Source: a virus
Taxonomy: Duplodnaviria; Caudoviricetes
IMG/VR virus record: IMGVR_UViG_3300038406_000097
Coordinates: 1-24,175 of that record
Length of the DNA: 24,175 bases
Strand: one strand, 5' to 3'
This document shows positions 1 to 8,193 of this stretch, piece after piece. Both the position numbers and the translations under genes were made by a program. The notes under the pieces were generated by a model. It saw only the letters and a list, made by a program, of their open reading frames with translations. It was not told the DNA's origin and did no database searches. Every line of letters begins with the position of its first letter. Within the stretch, counting starts at the first letter, position 1.

Positions 1-40
1 GTGGGCGCTGATTCAGCACGAGAATGGGGGTACGAGGGTG

Positions 41-352
41 ATGGCTGAGGAGATCACGTTGCGAGTGGCTCTGCCCGAGGTCGTCGAAACACCCATTAGG
101 ATCTTGGTCAGCTGTGGACTCACCACCGCCTATGTCTACGAGCACGGCGCGCAAGGTGGCGGCTCGTGGGCGGTGTGGACTTACTCTGGCGGGAGCATAA
201 TCGCCGGCGGCACGAACGGCTATTCGCGCGAGCGGGCGCTTACGGACGCATGCGCTCACGTGCGTCGTCAAGAACGGCAACGGCTGCTGTTCGAACAGCT
301 TCGTCGGGCACTGGAGGAGCAGGAACTATTGGACCACCAGGAGGAAACATGA
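41..352 (+). CDS. Hypothetical phage protein
   Basis: ATG at 41 (alternative GTG 38) after GAGGG; stop overlaps the next ATG (ATGA at 349-352). Confidence 0.7.
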   Translation: MAEEITLRVALPEVVETPIRILVSCGLTTAYVYEHGAQGGGSWAVWTYSGGSIIAGGTNGYSRERALTDACAHVRRQERQRLLFEQLRRALEEQELLDHQEET

Positions 353-717
353 CATGTCCAACACCACCCGTCGACGCACTGCGCTTCGAGGACATGCCGA
401 ACGCGGCTGAGGTGCTGCGCTTGGCCGCCGCACGGTTGGAGTCTGGCCGCGGAGTGCCGACGCCCGCGCCGCTGCTGCGCCGCTGGGCCGACGAGCTGGA
501 CGCCACCCCAGCGACGTTCCGGTTGCCAGCAGAGTTGGCTGCCGCCCGTCGCAACGCCTTCGCTGATGGGATGGACTACGCCATTGGACTTCCAGCACCA
601 GATGAGACGCTGCCCGATCCGGTGCTGGACTGGATCGAGGGAATCGCCGCCGAGATCCGTGCCGGGCAGCGCACCATCCCCCGCCAGCCGGCCAACACCA
701 CGGAGGAACCGAAATGA
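349..717 (+). CDS. Hypothetical phage protein
   Basis: AGGAGG RBS before ATG 349 (MTCPTPPVDALRFE...); ATGA coupling at both ends. Confidence 0.75.
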   Translation: MTCPTPPVDALRFEDMPNAAEVLRLAAARLESGRGVPTPAPLLRRWADELDATPATFRLPAELAAARRNAFADGMDYAIGLPAPDETLPDPVLDWIEGIAAEIRAGQRTIPRQPANTTEEPK

Positions 718-935
718 CCATGCCGTCGAGATATGCCTGCCAGACCTGCGGCGCAACCGGCAGGGTGATCCACCGGACGTCACCGAAGGGCGAGCTGTTC
801 GCCGGACAGTGCGCGCAGTGCCTTGGTGGGCAGTCCGCACGGACGATGACCGGCAAGCTTGACGAGGCGCTGACACCGGAGCCGTGGCTGGACGGCGCCG
901 ATGAGGCCACCACCGACACCACGGAGGAGACATGA
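714..935 (+). CDS. Small putative zinc-ribbon protein
   Basis: CQTC...CAQC pairs; GGAGG RBS; ATGA overlaps. Confidence 0.7.
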   Translation: MTMPSRYACQTCGATGRVIHRTSPKGELFAGQCAQCLGGQSARTMTGKLDEALTPEPWLDGADEATTDTTEET

Positions 936-1390
936 GCCGCTGGAAGCTAGCGGCACTGGGCGCCGCCGTCGCCACCCTGATCGGGTGTGTCAGCTCAACC
1001 GCCGAGGTCAACCAACCCGACGCGTTCGATCAGCTGCAGGCCGACCCTGCGCTGGTCCGCGGCGCCGAACACGCACTCGACCAGGCGCCGGCACCTGAAC
1101 CGGGTTGGGCCGTCGGCGTCGTCCTGGCTGAGCAGGAACGGGAAAAGCAGGGCCTGTTGGGCGCCTACGACACGTGGACGATCGCCGTGCTCGGCGCCGA
1201 CGGGTCGATGGCCGTCCTAACCGACGACTGGTGCGACAACGACGACCATCCGGATTCGGCGGACGTGCTGCCAGTGCTCGTCGCACCCGGTGACCTGATC
1301 ACCTGGACGGGCGGGCCCGAGTTGTGCGTCCCGGATGTGCGGGTGCTACGTAAGGCCGCCGCGTTCCTCGACGACGAAGACAATCAATGA
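932..1390 (+). CDS. Putative lipoprotein
   Basis: N-terminus MSRWKLAALGAAVATLIG-C: basic n-region, hydrophobic h-region, lipobox-like LIGC; GGAGGAG RBS. Confidence 0.7.
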   Translation: MSRWKLAALGAAVATLIGCVSSTAEVNQPDAFDQLQADPALVRGAEHALDQAPAPEPGWAVGVVLAEQEREKQGLLGAYDTWTIAVLGADGSMAVLTDDWCDNDDHPDSADVLPVLVAPGDLITWTGGPELCVPDVRVLRKAAAFLDDEDNQ

Positions 1391-1409
1391 CCATGGAGGA
1401 GGAATAGGA

Positions 1410-1754
1410 ATGACTACAGTAGAGTTTCTGCGGGCCAGGTGGGACGAGGACGCGGAGTTCGAGGCCGGGACGGGTGAGTTGGCCGCCAAGCGGCTAATTC
1501 TGGAGCTGGTAGACCTAGTGTGGGACAATGGTGCGATGGCTCGACTGAACCTGGCCATCTGCTACTGGGCGGCTCGGTACTCCGCGCATGAGGACTACGA
1601 CCCGTCGTGGGCTCCAGAGCTATGGGAGGGTGTAGTTAGCTCCGAACGGGTGATTGCGCAGTACCGATGGGAGAGGCCACCACCTGCTACGCGATCGTGG
1701 TGGGGTAGGCGGCAATGGCGTAGAATTTGGAGAGGGGACAAGCGTGAGTCCTGA
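1410..1754 (+). CDS. DUF6221-like protein (short version)
   Basis: VEFLRARWDED...ELAAKRLILE...YSAHEDYDPSW resembles the actinobacterial/phage DUF6221 pattern as recalled; GGAGGAGG upstream of ATG 1410. Confidence 0.65.
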   Translation: MTTVEFLRARWDEDAEFEAGTGELAAKRLILELVDLVWDNGAMARLNLAICYWAARYSAHEDYDPSWAPELWEGVVSSERVIAQYRWERPPPATRSWWGRRQWRRIWRGDKRES

Positions 1755-2031
1755 AGCGACGGTTAGTCATGCTGAATTGGTATCCAAAGTGCGGGAGGTT
1801 CATGAGATTCAGTCATGGCACGGGAACTGGAACTATTCACCATATATGCGAGGCCTGTTCAACGGTCTGGAACTGGCAATGGCTATTCTGGAAGATCGTG
1901 AGCCGTCCTATAAGGATAGCCCGATTCTTCCTGATAGGTATCTTTGTGATCAACCGTCCTACGAGGGTGCGCCCATGAGCAACACTAGTCCCCTTATGAG
2001 GGCTAGGAATTTCGGAGCTGAGGGTGAGTAG
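1744..2031 (+). CDS. Hypothetical phage protein
   Basis: GTG 1744 after GAGGGG; overlaps the end of the previous gene; contains WNYSPYMRGLFNGLELAMA. Confidence 0.7.
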   Translation: MSPEATVSHAELVSKVREVHEIQSWHGNWNYSPYMRGLFNGLELAMAILEDREPSYKDSPILPDRYLCDQPSYEGAPMSNTSPLMRARNFGAEGE

Positions 2032-2034
2032 CTA

Positions 2035-2148
2035 AAGGATCTTGCTCGTCGAGAGCTAGCTCGATTTGTCCATAGGATAGACCTATCTAGACTTAATACA
2101 GACGAGTAGAGACCAATCTCAAACACCACTACAAGCCCCTATGACACA
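2035..2148. repeat. Degenerate intergenic repeat, copy 1 (copy 2 at 23073-23185)
   Basis: Exact 23-mer CCACTACAAGCCCCTATGACACA at 2126-2148 and 23163-23185, plus collinear shared blocks (GATCTTG, GAGAGC, CGATTTGTC, ACCTAT, AGTAGAGAC). Confidence 0.85.
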
Positions 2149-2216
2149 TCGAAGTCTAACTCAATCTAACAAGGAGGGTGCTTAGGACGTTATACCAGTA
2201 GATTGGGAGAAATCGT

Positions 2217-2495
2217 GTGAACACTGATGACTTATTTAGGCAGATGGAGGAAGACGAACTCCGAGATGGTGTCGAAGCAGCTAAGCAACAACCAACACTG
2301 GTAACGTTGACACCAATACAATACGCTAAGGCTCGTAACATTAGGCCGCAACGCGTCTATATGGCTTTCCGGAATGGTAAGTTGACACCAAACAAGTGTG
2401 CATGTGGACGTACAATCGTCAACGTGGACGAAGCTGATACATACTTCGGCTTCGACAAAGTTCCAGGAGATATGTACAGAGAGGAGGCGCGATGA
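2217..2495 (+). CDS. Small helix-turn-helix DNA-binding protein (excisionase/MerR-like fold)
   Basis: LTPIQYAKARNIRPQRVYMAFRNGKL...GRTIVNVDEAD fits an Xis/MerR-type wHTH pattern; GGGAGA RBS. Confidence 0.6.
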   Translation: MNTDDLFRQMEEDELRDGVEAAKQQPTLVTLTPIQYAKARNIRPQRVYMAFRNGKLTPNKCACGRTIVNVDEADTYFGFDKVPGDMYREEAR

Positions 2496-2794
2496 CGGAT
2501 AAGAAGTTACAGCTGGTTGTGGAGTACCTTAACAACCAGACGAGGTACTATCCGGTCACACTCAAACGAGGTTGGCGACTTGACACCATACACAGGCAGA
2601 TCATAGTTGGTATCGGAGTGCCACGTACGATGATCCCTCTCGACTCGGTAGCTGCGTACCACATCGAACAAGTCGAGAGGGACCCTACGTGGGTACCTGC
2701 ACCCAGTTGTCTCCTTCCACACCGCTATGAAGATAAAGACTGGCGACCCCGCTTCCCTGTGCATGAACACCTACAATATCAGGAGGAGATGTGA
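2492..2794 (+). CDS. Hypothetical phage protein
   Basis: GAGGAGG RBS; ATGA coupling. Confidence 0.75.
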   Translation: MTDKKLQLVVEYLNNQTRYYPVTLKRGWRLDTIHRQIIVGIGVPRTMIPLDSVAAYHIEQVERDPTWVPAPSCLLPHRYEDKDWRPRFPVHEHLQYQEEM

Positions 2795-3195
2795 GTAACA
2801 GCCCCTCATACACTCAGGAGCAGCTCGATCAAGTACTGGAGGACTTCAAACACCTTACCACTATGTGGAACACGTTCGTACTTGAGCAGACAGATACGTC
2901 TAATGGGCATATACATGCACCTCCGGCACTTGCGTACATCATGGAGTGCTTGCAGAAGGTGACAATTCCTTCGGATAGCTCCCTGCTAAAAGCATCTGAT
3001 CGGGATCCCCACCAAATGGGGCAAGCGGAGTACATCCTTGCACTGTATGCGAGCCTAATGTTCCATTTCGGTCAGCACTGTTACAAGAATGGAATTATTA
3101 TTGCCAACATGCTCCCCTGCATCTGTGGTGAACTAACAGTGCAAGACCTACTCAGTGACATCTTCAAGGAGGGAGAGGGTGAAGTTCATGAGTAG
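2791..3195 (+). CDS. Hypothetical phage protein
   Basis: AGGAGGAG RBS; GTGA overlap with the previous stop. Confidence 0.75.
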   Translation: MSNSPSYTQEQLDQVLEDFKHLTTMWNTFVLEQTDTSNGHIHAPPALAYIMECLQKVTIPSDSSLLKASDRDPHQMGQAEYILALYASLMFHFGQHCYKNGIIIANMLPCICGELTVQDLLSDIFKEGEGEVHE

Positions 3196-4717
3196 AACCA
3201 ACCTTCGAACTTTGTACGATTTTCAAAGAGTTGGTGTTGAGAAGTTCGTAGAAGTAAGAGCTGCACTAAACGCTGATGACATGGGTCTTGGAAAAACCGT
3301 GCAAGCTATTGCTCTTGACAAGATCAAGAGGGAAAAAACCGAGTCAGATGAGCGACTCCTAACTCTCGCCATAGCGCCCCTGTCCGTGCTAGACGTGTGG
3401 GAAACACACTTTCGGAACTGGAATCCCAAGTTGCGAGTCTACACCATAGACTCAAAGAGCCGCAAAACGTTCGAGTACAACATCAAACGTGCTGCGGCAG
3501 GTAAGAGTGAATATGACGCATTCATCTGCCACTGGACAGCTTTGCGCCTAGTCGAGAGTTTGTGGAAGGTGCAGTGGTTCCACGTCATTGCTGACGAAGT
3601 GCATATGGCTAAGAACCGAAAGGCACAACAAACAGTTGGACTAAAGAAACTTCACACCAAGAACAAACTAGGACTTTCTGGTACGCCAGCCGATAACCGG
3701 CCAGACGACCTTTGGAGCATCCTCAACTGGCTATATCCTAACACATTTAGCAGCTTTTGGAAGTTCTACAACCACCACGTCATCATCAAGCACCACGATG
3801 AAATTGGTAGTTGCGGATGTTCTAATGGCCATCGTCGGCCTTACCGCGAAGTGGTCGGAACGGCTCACACAGAGGAGCTGCACAAGAAAATTGCGCCGTT
3901 CTACATTAGGCGTCTAAAAGAAGACGTACTAGATGACCTCCCCAACAAGTACTACGACCGTATCACAGTCGAATTGCCCTTACAACAACGTCGGGCGTAC
4001 AACGAGATGGCTGAGTCAATGTTGGCCTGGGTTGGAGAACAGCAGGATCAGCCACTTGCAGCACCAATCGTCGTAGCACAACTAATTCGACTTCAGCAAT
4101 TTGCCTGTGCGTATGCAGAGGTCGTGCAGATCAAGAAGAAGCAGCGCCAACTTGACGGGTCGTGGAAAACGATTTGGGTTAACGTGGTCCGTCTGACTGA
4201 ACCATCGGTCAAACTGGACGCGGTTGTACAGATCCTTGAGAACAACCCAAACAACCCTCTTGTGGTCTTTGCTCAGAGCAAGCAGCTCATCAAGATGTTG
4301 GGTCACCGATTGAGTGCTAAAGGAATATCTGTAGGACTACTAACAGGTGACACACCACAAAACCAGCGAGGACCCCTGGAGAAGAATTTCCAGAAGGGTG
4401 AGATCCAAGTATTTGCCGGAACTATTAAGGCTGGTGGTCAAGGAATCACACTCACAAGAGCAAGTCGGGTAGTCTTCCTCGACCGAGTCTGGAGTCCGTC
4501 CATCAACAGGCAAGCAGAGGATAGACTCCACCGTATCGGTCAGAAGAGTGCTGTCCAGATTACGGATATCGTAGCGAGAGGCACCGTAGATCTTGGGCGT
4601 ATGCAGCAGATTAGGAGGAAGTGGTCCTGGATCAAAGAGATCCTTGGTGATCCCAAGAATGTCCAGGATAAGTTTCTCGGTTTCGAAGACAGCGAACTGG
4701 AAGGAAATCATGGATAA
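3188..4717 (+). CDS. SNF2/SWI2-family SF2 helicase/translocase
   Basis: ADDMGLGKT (motif I), IAPLS (Ia), DEVH (II), LSGTP (III), GGQGITLT (V), QAEDRLHRIGQ (VI); likely start ATG 3188. Confidence 0.95.
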   Translation: MSRTNLRTLYDFQRVGVEKFVEVRAALNADDMGLGKTVQAIALDKIKREKTESDERLLTLAIAPLSVLDVWETHFRNWNPKLRVYTIDSKSRKTFEYNIKRAAAGKSEYDAFICHWTALRLVESLWKVQWFHVIADEVHMAKNRKAQQTVGLKKLHTKNKLGLSGTPADNRPDDLWSILNWLYPNTFSSFWKFYNHHVIIKHHDEIGSCGCSNGHRRPYREVVGTAHTEELHKKIAPFYIRRLKEDVLDDLPNKYYDRITVELPLQQRRAYNEMAESMLAWVGEQQDQPLAAPIVVAQLIRLQQFACAYAEVVQIKKKQRQLDGSWKTIWVNVVRLTEPSVKLDAVVQILENNPNNPLVVFAQSKQLIKMLGHRLSAKGISVGLLTGDTPQNQRGPLEKNFQKGEIQVFAGTIKAGGQGITLTRASRVVFLDRVWSPSINRQAEDRLHRIGQKSAVQITDIVARGTVDLGRMQQIRRKWSWIKEILGDPKNVQDKFLGFEDSELEGNHG

Positions 4718-4922
4718 GACAAAGATTGACGCACATATCAGTCGATACTTCATAGCCGTATACGGCAAAGACGTCGGCTTCCGTGCACCAGAAACATTTC
4801 CGAATCTAGTAGAGCGGTGGATGCTAGCCGTTGCTAGGGATGACGCAAGGACAGCCGAGCTCCTAATGAACGAGATCGAATCCTTTGCCAAGATGCGCCA
4901 GGCAGGGCACGGTAGACCCTAA
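4710..4922 (+). CDS. Hypothetical phage protein
   Basis: GAAGGA RBS before ATG 4710 (MDKTKIDAHISRY...); overlaps the helicase stop. Confidence 0.65.
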   Translation: MDKTKIDAHISRYFIAVYGKDVGFRAPETFPNLVERWMLAVARDDARTAELLMNEIESFAKMRQAGHGRP

Positions 4923-4936
4923 GAAAGGTGCAGCTC

Positions 4937-5386
4937 ATGAAGAACCGTAAAGAAATAATCAAAGGCCGCCTAGAGCAGCTCGAGCAGGAACTCGTCGAGT
5001 TGTCACGGTTCCCTGACGACAACTTCCCCGAAGGGGCCGTTATCAAGTTCGATAAGGTCTTCAGCTCTTGGGAGGAAGCACGCGCATATCCATCGTACGA
5101 GCAGTTTCGCACGTTGTATGATGCGCACAGGGCATATAACTACGCAGCCATTAAGGTGAATGGCTTGTGGTACACTACCGGTCCTAAGTCACCAAAGGGC
5201 TACAACTGGGACGATCTCACCGAATGGATGGGTAACGGTGTCAGGAAGATCGTAGTGATGCAGCCACACTCATCAATCATCCTTGATGGGTCCCATCCCA
5301 TAAGGATCGGCCCAAAGGAGGAATTGCCCCTCGAACCTACAAAGGAACAGCCCCTACCCGAAGAAGGCGTCCCTACTAACAACTAA
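4937..5386 (+). CDS. Hypothetical phage protein
   Basis: GAAAGG RBS 8 nt before ATG 4937 (alternative GTG 4928); N-terminal coiled coil; YAAIKVNGLWYTTG segment. Confidence 0.75.
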   Translation: MKNRKEIIKGRLEQLEQELVELSRFPDDNFPEGAVIKFDKVFSSWEEARAYPSYEQFRTLYDAHRAYNYAAIKVNGLWYTTGPKSPKGYNWDDLTEWMGNGVRKIVVMQPHSSIILDGSHPIRIGPKEELPLEPTKEQPLPEEGVPTNN

Positions 5387-5388
5387 TC

Positions 5389-5406
5389 CTGTTCTGTTCT
5401 GTTCTG
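5389..5406. repeat. (CTGTT)3 short tandem repeat between stop codon and RBS
   Basis: CTGTTCTGTTCTGTTCTG; GTTCTGTTCTGTT recurs at 10811-10823 in an equivalent position. Confidence 0.75.
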
Positions 5407-5418
5407 AAAGGAAGAGTC

Positions 5419-5859
5419 ATGGCTCGTAAGCGTTTGCCCGAGACTGAGGCGGCACTAGAAGTTAACTGCCCAGTCGAGTGGTGCCAAGCCATTCCAGGAT
5501 GGCCCTGCGAAAGTAAGCACGGAAACGCAGTTCGTCCACACACTGCTCGACGTGTTAGAGCTGGAGTGAAGTCCAATAATGGGGCCTCTTCTCTCGCTGA
5601 GTCGGAAAAGCCCTCGAACGACATCGCCGACGCGGTAATGCTCCAGGTAACACGAGTTGCTGACATCAAGCAGCGGGCACGTGCTCAGGCGAGTACTGAC
5701 GATCTGCTTCTCATGGTTGATGACCTAGCAAGTTCCCTGGCGACGGTACTCAGTCTCATCGGCCGTAAGGTCGACCAGACCAATGAGGAGCTCGAGACCT
5801 ACAAGGATCGACTGGCGGAGATCCAGAAGATGGCGAACGGCATTCAGAGGGACGAGTAA
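5419..5859 (+). CDS. Zinc-finger plus coiled-coil protein, putative DNA-binding
   Basis: CPVEWCQAIPGWPC...HTAR (C-x4-C-x7-C...H) followed by a heptad-rich C-terminus; AAAGGAAG RBS. Confidence 0.7.
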   Translation: MARKRLPETEAALEVNCPVEWCQAIPGWPCESKHGNAVRPHTARRVRAGVKSNNGASSLAESEKPSNDIADAVMLQVTRVADIKQRARAQASTDDLLLMVDDLASSLATVLSLIGRKVDQTNEELETYKDRLAEIQKMANGIQRDE

Positions 5860-5864
5860 GCACT

Positions 5865-5961
5865 CGTGCTCATACAATCCTCCACAGGGCTTTGGACTTT
5901 GCCTGGTGCAATAACTGAACTAGGCAAACCTAGAGCCCCTGTGGAGGTTTGTATGAGCATG
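5865..5961. repeat. Long imperfect inverted repeat (~45-bp stem, 5-nt loop); possible terminator or RNase III site
   Basis: CGTGCTCATACAATCCTCCACAGGGCTTTGGACTTTGCCTGGTGCA pairs with TGAACTAGGCAAACCTAGAGCCCCTGTGGAGGTTTGTATGAGCATG; several mismatches are G-U on the + strand. Confidence 0.85.
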
Positions 5962-5986
5962 AAGACTGATAGAGAGGAGCGAGTGG

Positions 5987-6277
5987 ATGGCGTTGACACA
6001 CACGCACACCAAGACCTACGTGCACGTCTACGTCGTGGCGAAGGAGATGGTGATTGATAGAGCAGGACACGAGCAATACGACATCCTCGGTGTCACTCAG
6101 ACGCAGGAGAAGGGGAAGGAGCTGTGCGAGGATGACTACCGTCGTGGGTGGCCTTCGGCCGCTGGGCTGATGTGGGACGGAGACGACAAGCAGCTCTGGA
6201 GTGTTGGGAGCATGTTGCTAGCTCCGATCTACTACATCCACCGGACACGGCTTCATGAGGAGGAGCGAGCGCGATGA
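5987..6277 (+). CDS. Hypothetical protein (paralog of 6274-6648)
   Basis: GAGGAG RBS; LGVxxT-x7-CED...WP motif shared with the next gene. Confidence 0.75.
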   Translation: MALTHTHTKTYVHVYVVAKEMVIDRAGHEQYDILGVTQTQEKGKELCEDDYRRGWPSAAGLMWDGDDKQLWSVGSMLLAPIYYIHRTRLHEEERAR

Positions 6278-6648
6278 CTGATGAGGGCAAGCGCTACCTC
6301 TACCTGGCAACCGAAGAGGCAACCTTGAACCTAGGTCTCGGTGTCGCGAGGGACACCAAGTACTTAGGGGTTGCGCACACGCTGAAGGCCGCGGTGCAAG
6401 CGTGCGAGGATACGCTGGAGCACGGACACAGGTGGCCGGCGGACGCGCGACCGGAACGAGCTAGTGGAACGGTCGGCGAGGAGTGGCGGTGCTACCACCC
6501 AGACAAGCTCAACGTCCAGTTCAGGATCCGCAAGGTGATCATCATTGACCCCGAAGCAACGGCGATCGTGACGAAGGCGTACCGTTACCCCGCCAAGGAC
6601 GAGATATCCGATCGCTTCTACCCTCGTGACTATCCACGCTATGACTAG
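6274..6648 (+). CDS. Hypothetical protein (paralog of 5987-6277)
   Basis: GAGGAGGAG upstream; ATGA coupling; LGVxxT-x7-CED...WP motif. Confidence 0.75.
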   Translation: MTDEGKRYLYLATEEATLNLGLGVARDTKYLGVAHTLKAAVQACEDTLEHGHRWPADARPERASGTVGEEWRCYHPDKLNVQFRIRKVIIIDPEATAIVTKAYRYPAKDEISDRFYPRDYPRYD

Positions 6649-6653
6649 AAGGA

Positions 6654-6860
6654 GTGAGTGCGATGATATGCGAGTCATGTAAGGCTGCTGGACAGTTAGC
6701 GCATCTTGATGGTGATTACGATAGGCACGAGCTGGCTCGGTTGCACACCCAGTGCAAAGGTGGAACACACTGTACTTGCCAACATAGACTGACGCGTAAA
6801 CTACCCGACGGAACACTCGCGGATATAGGTTCTAACTACGAATCGAGGTTACCGGGATGA
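6654..6860 (+). CDS. Small Cys/His-rich putative zinc-binding protein
   Basis: CESC...HTQC...CTCQH; start may be ATG 6663 (AAGGAG RBS). Confidence 0.65.
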   Translation: MSAMICESCKAAGQLAHLDGDYDRHELARLHTQCKGGTHCTCQHRLTRKLPDGTLADIGSNYESRLPG

Positions 6861-7147
6861 ATCCGGAGTGGTCATGGAACGTAGCTGTAACCGACGAGCA
6901 ACTGGCGACTATGACGCAGCAGTACACACAAACGCGTCAAGGCGTTTTCATTTGTCACCTAGCTTTTGAAGAGATTAACACACAGGTTAGGAAAGGACGT
7001 GCTTGGTGTAAGTGTATCGATTGTGGAAATCCTTATCCATATGATAGGGAGGGTGCTAGTGGTGAGTTTTGTTCTGAAGCCTGCGAAGCCAAGTCACTTG
7101 CCTACGAATATCCCTATTCTCCCTTTGTGTACTCGAGAGGATGGTGA
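6857..7147 (+). CDS. Small Cys-rich protein (TRASH/YHS-like treble clef)
   Basis: CIDCG...FCSEAC pattern; ATGA coupling. Confidence 0.6.
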   Translation: MNPEWSWNVAVTDEQLATMTQQYTQTRQGVFICHLAFEEINTQVRKGRAWCKCIDCGNPYPYDREGASGEFCSEACEAKSLAYEYPYSPFVYSRGW

Positions 7148-7149
7148 GT

Positions 7150-7338
7150 ATGACGCATAGTCAGAATATAGAATCTGTTCTAGAAATTCTCAAGGACAAC
7201 CCTCAAGAGGACCGAAGGTGTGTTGTACCTCCCATTGGATGTGGTCGACTTATCGTCGATGATTACACATCTTGGGATGTGCTTGTTAAGGAACAATATT
7301 CCATAAGCGGTCTTTGTGATAAGTGTCAGGAGAAGTGA
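7150..7338 (+). CDS. Small Cys-rich phage protein
   Basis: CVVPPIGCG...SISGLCDKCQ; start ATG 7141 or 7150. Confidence 0.6.
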   Translation: MTHSQNIESVLEILKDNPQEDRRCVVPPIGCGRLIVDDYTSWDVLVKEQYSISGLCDKCQEK

Positions 7339-7745
7339 TGGCACGGTATGTTCTGTTAGAGTTTGATGACAGCAAGCAAGCCGATCTGTTCACTGTTGCC
7401 ATTGGGCAGGCTGGAGGGGTATTCTTCTCTAGCGATAGCGGAACCGGAGCTGGTGCTTACGGCTATATTGACCCCACTAAGGTACGAGCACGAGCCGTTT
7501 TCGCTAAGCCTACAGGATTTTGCGAGTGCGCAACGTTGAGTGACAACTCAAGTAGGGGTAAGAAGTGGGGGTGGTACGTGTGCGTTAAGTGTAAGAAGCC
7601 TCGAGAGGGTCAATGGCAACACCCACGCAACCTCCTAGATCCCATTGATATCCCTACAACACAGCGACAGTTATATCTCGGTGTCATAGAGCCTGAGCTA
7701 CCTCCAGGTACCAAGCTTGGGCCCTACACGCAGAGGAGACGCTAG
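7338..7745 (+). CDS. Hypothetical protein with zinc-ribbon motif
   Basis: AGGAG RBS; TGATG coupling; FCEC...WYVCVKCKKP. Confidence 0.7.
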   Translation: MARYVLLEFDDSKQADLFTVAIGQAGGVFFSSDSGTGAGAYGYIDPTKVRARAVFAKPTGFCECATLSDNSSRGKKWGWYVCVKCKKPREGQWQHPRNLLDPIDIPTTQRQLYLGVIEPELPPGTKLGPYTQRRR

Positions 7746-8017
7746 TGTCGATTATCGTGCAACATCTTAAGCCTGGCATGTTCATCAAGTCCTGCGACGT
7801 GGAGGCTATGGTTATTGCCTTGGTCCCTAATCATCCTGTCTGGCCTCACCTGTCGCTAGTCATCTGGAAGATGACCAAGAAGTCCCACCCAACAGATCCT
7901 GACTATAGCTTCGATGCGCTGAATCCGAATCAAGTTGTAGGAACTGTTGTATATCCTAACGACGACGACGTTGAACGTCGAGATAGATGGCGAGATACGA
8001 TAGTCGGAAAATTCTGA
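7745..8017 (+). CDS. Hypothetical phage protein
   Basis: GAGGAG RBS; TAGTG overlap. Confidence 0.7.
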   Translation: MSIIVQHLKPGMFIKSCDVEAMVIALVPNHPVWPHLSLVIWKMTKKSHPTDPDYSFDALNPNQVVGTVVYPNDDDVERRDRWRDTIVGKF

Positions 8018-8037
8018 GGTTAGGTGTGTGATGAGCC

Positions 8038-8132
8038 GAGGGGCGGTCTCGCCGTTAGGAAGAACCAGGCGCATGAGCCTACGAACGGTATCGGGTCTCT
8101 TTGGAACAGGATGTTCCTGGTCACCGCCCCTC
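8038..8132 (+). ncRNA. Candidate structured RNA (multi-stem junction)
   Basis: 10-bp closing stem GAGGGGCGGT/ACCGCCCCTC enclosing GCCGTT/AACGGT, AGGC/GCCT and GGAACA/TGTTCC stems; intergenic. No family recognised. Confidence 0.4.
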
Positions 8133-8193
8133 ACTATGTCGACAATAAAACCTTAGATAGGTGTGTGACTTTAAGGATCTTGAGATCGACCCC

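Noticed and set aside
166-1286. Several long overlapping ORFs in alternative frames (e.g. 268-1011 minus, 326-922 minus, 566-862 plus)
   Set aside because: Expected in high-GC DNA with few stops; a clean RBS-supported, ATGA-coupled chain (41-352, 349-717, 714-935, 932-1390) explains the region.
2126-2148. 23-bp repeat as prophage attL/attR
   Set aside because: No integrase or tRNA target in the window, and phage-like genes continue on both outer sides; similarity extends as degenerate blocks beyond a core. Kept as an unexplained repeat.
5866-6057. 63-aa ORF on the + strand
   Set aside because: No RBS; runs through the long hairpin and overlaps the better-supported gene at 5987.
8023-8134. 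Minus-strand ORF 7856-8134 explaining the intergenic gap
   Set aside because: Opposes the uniform gene orientation, overlaps the 7745-8017 gene and has no recognisable motif.
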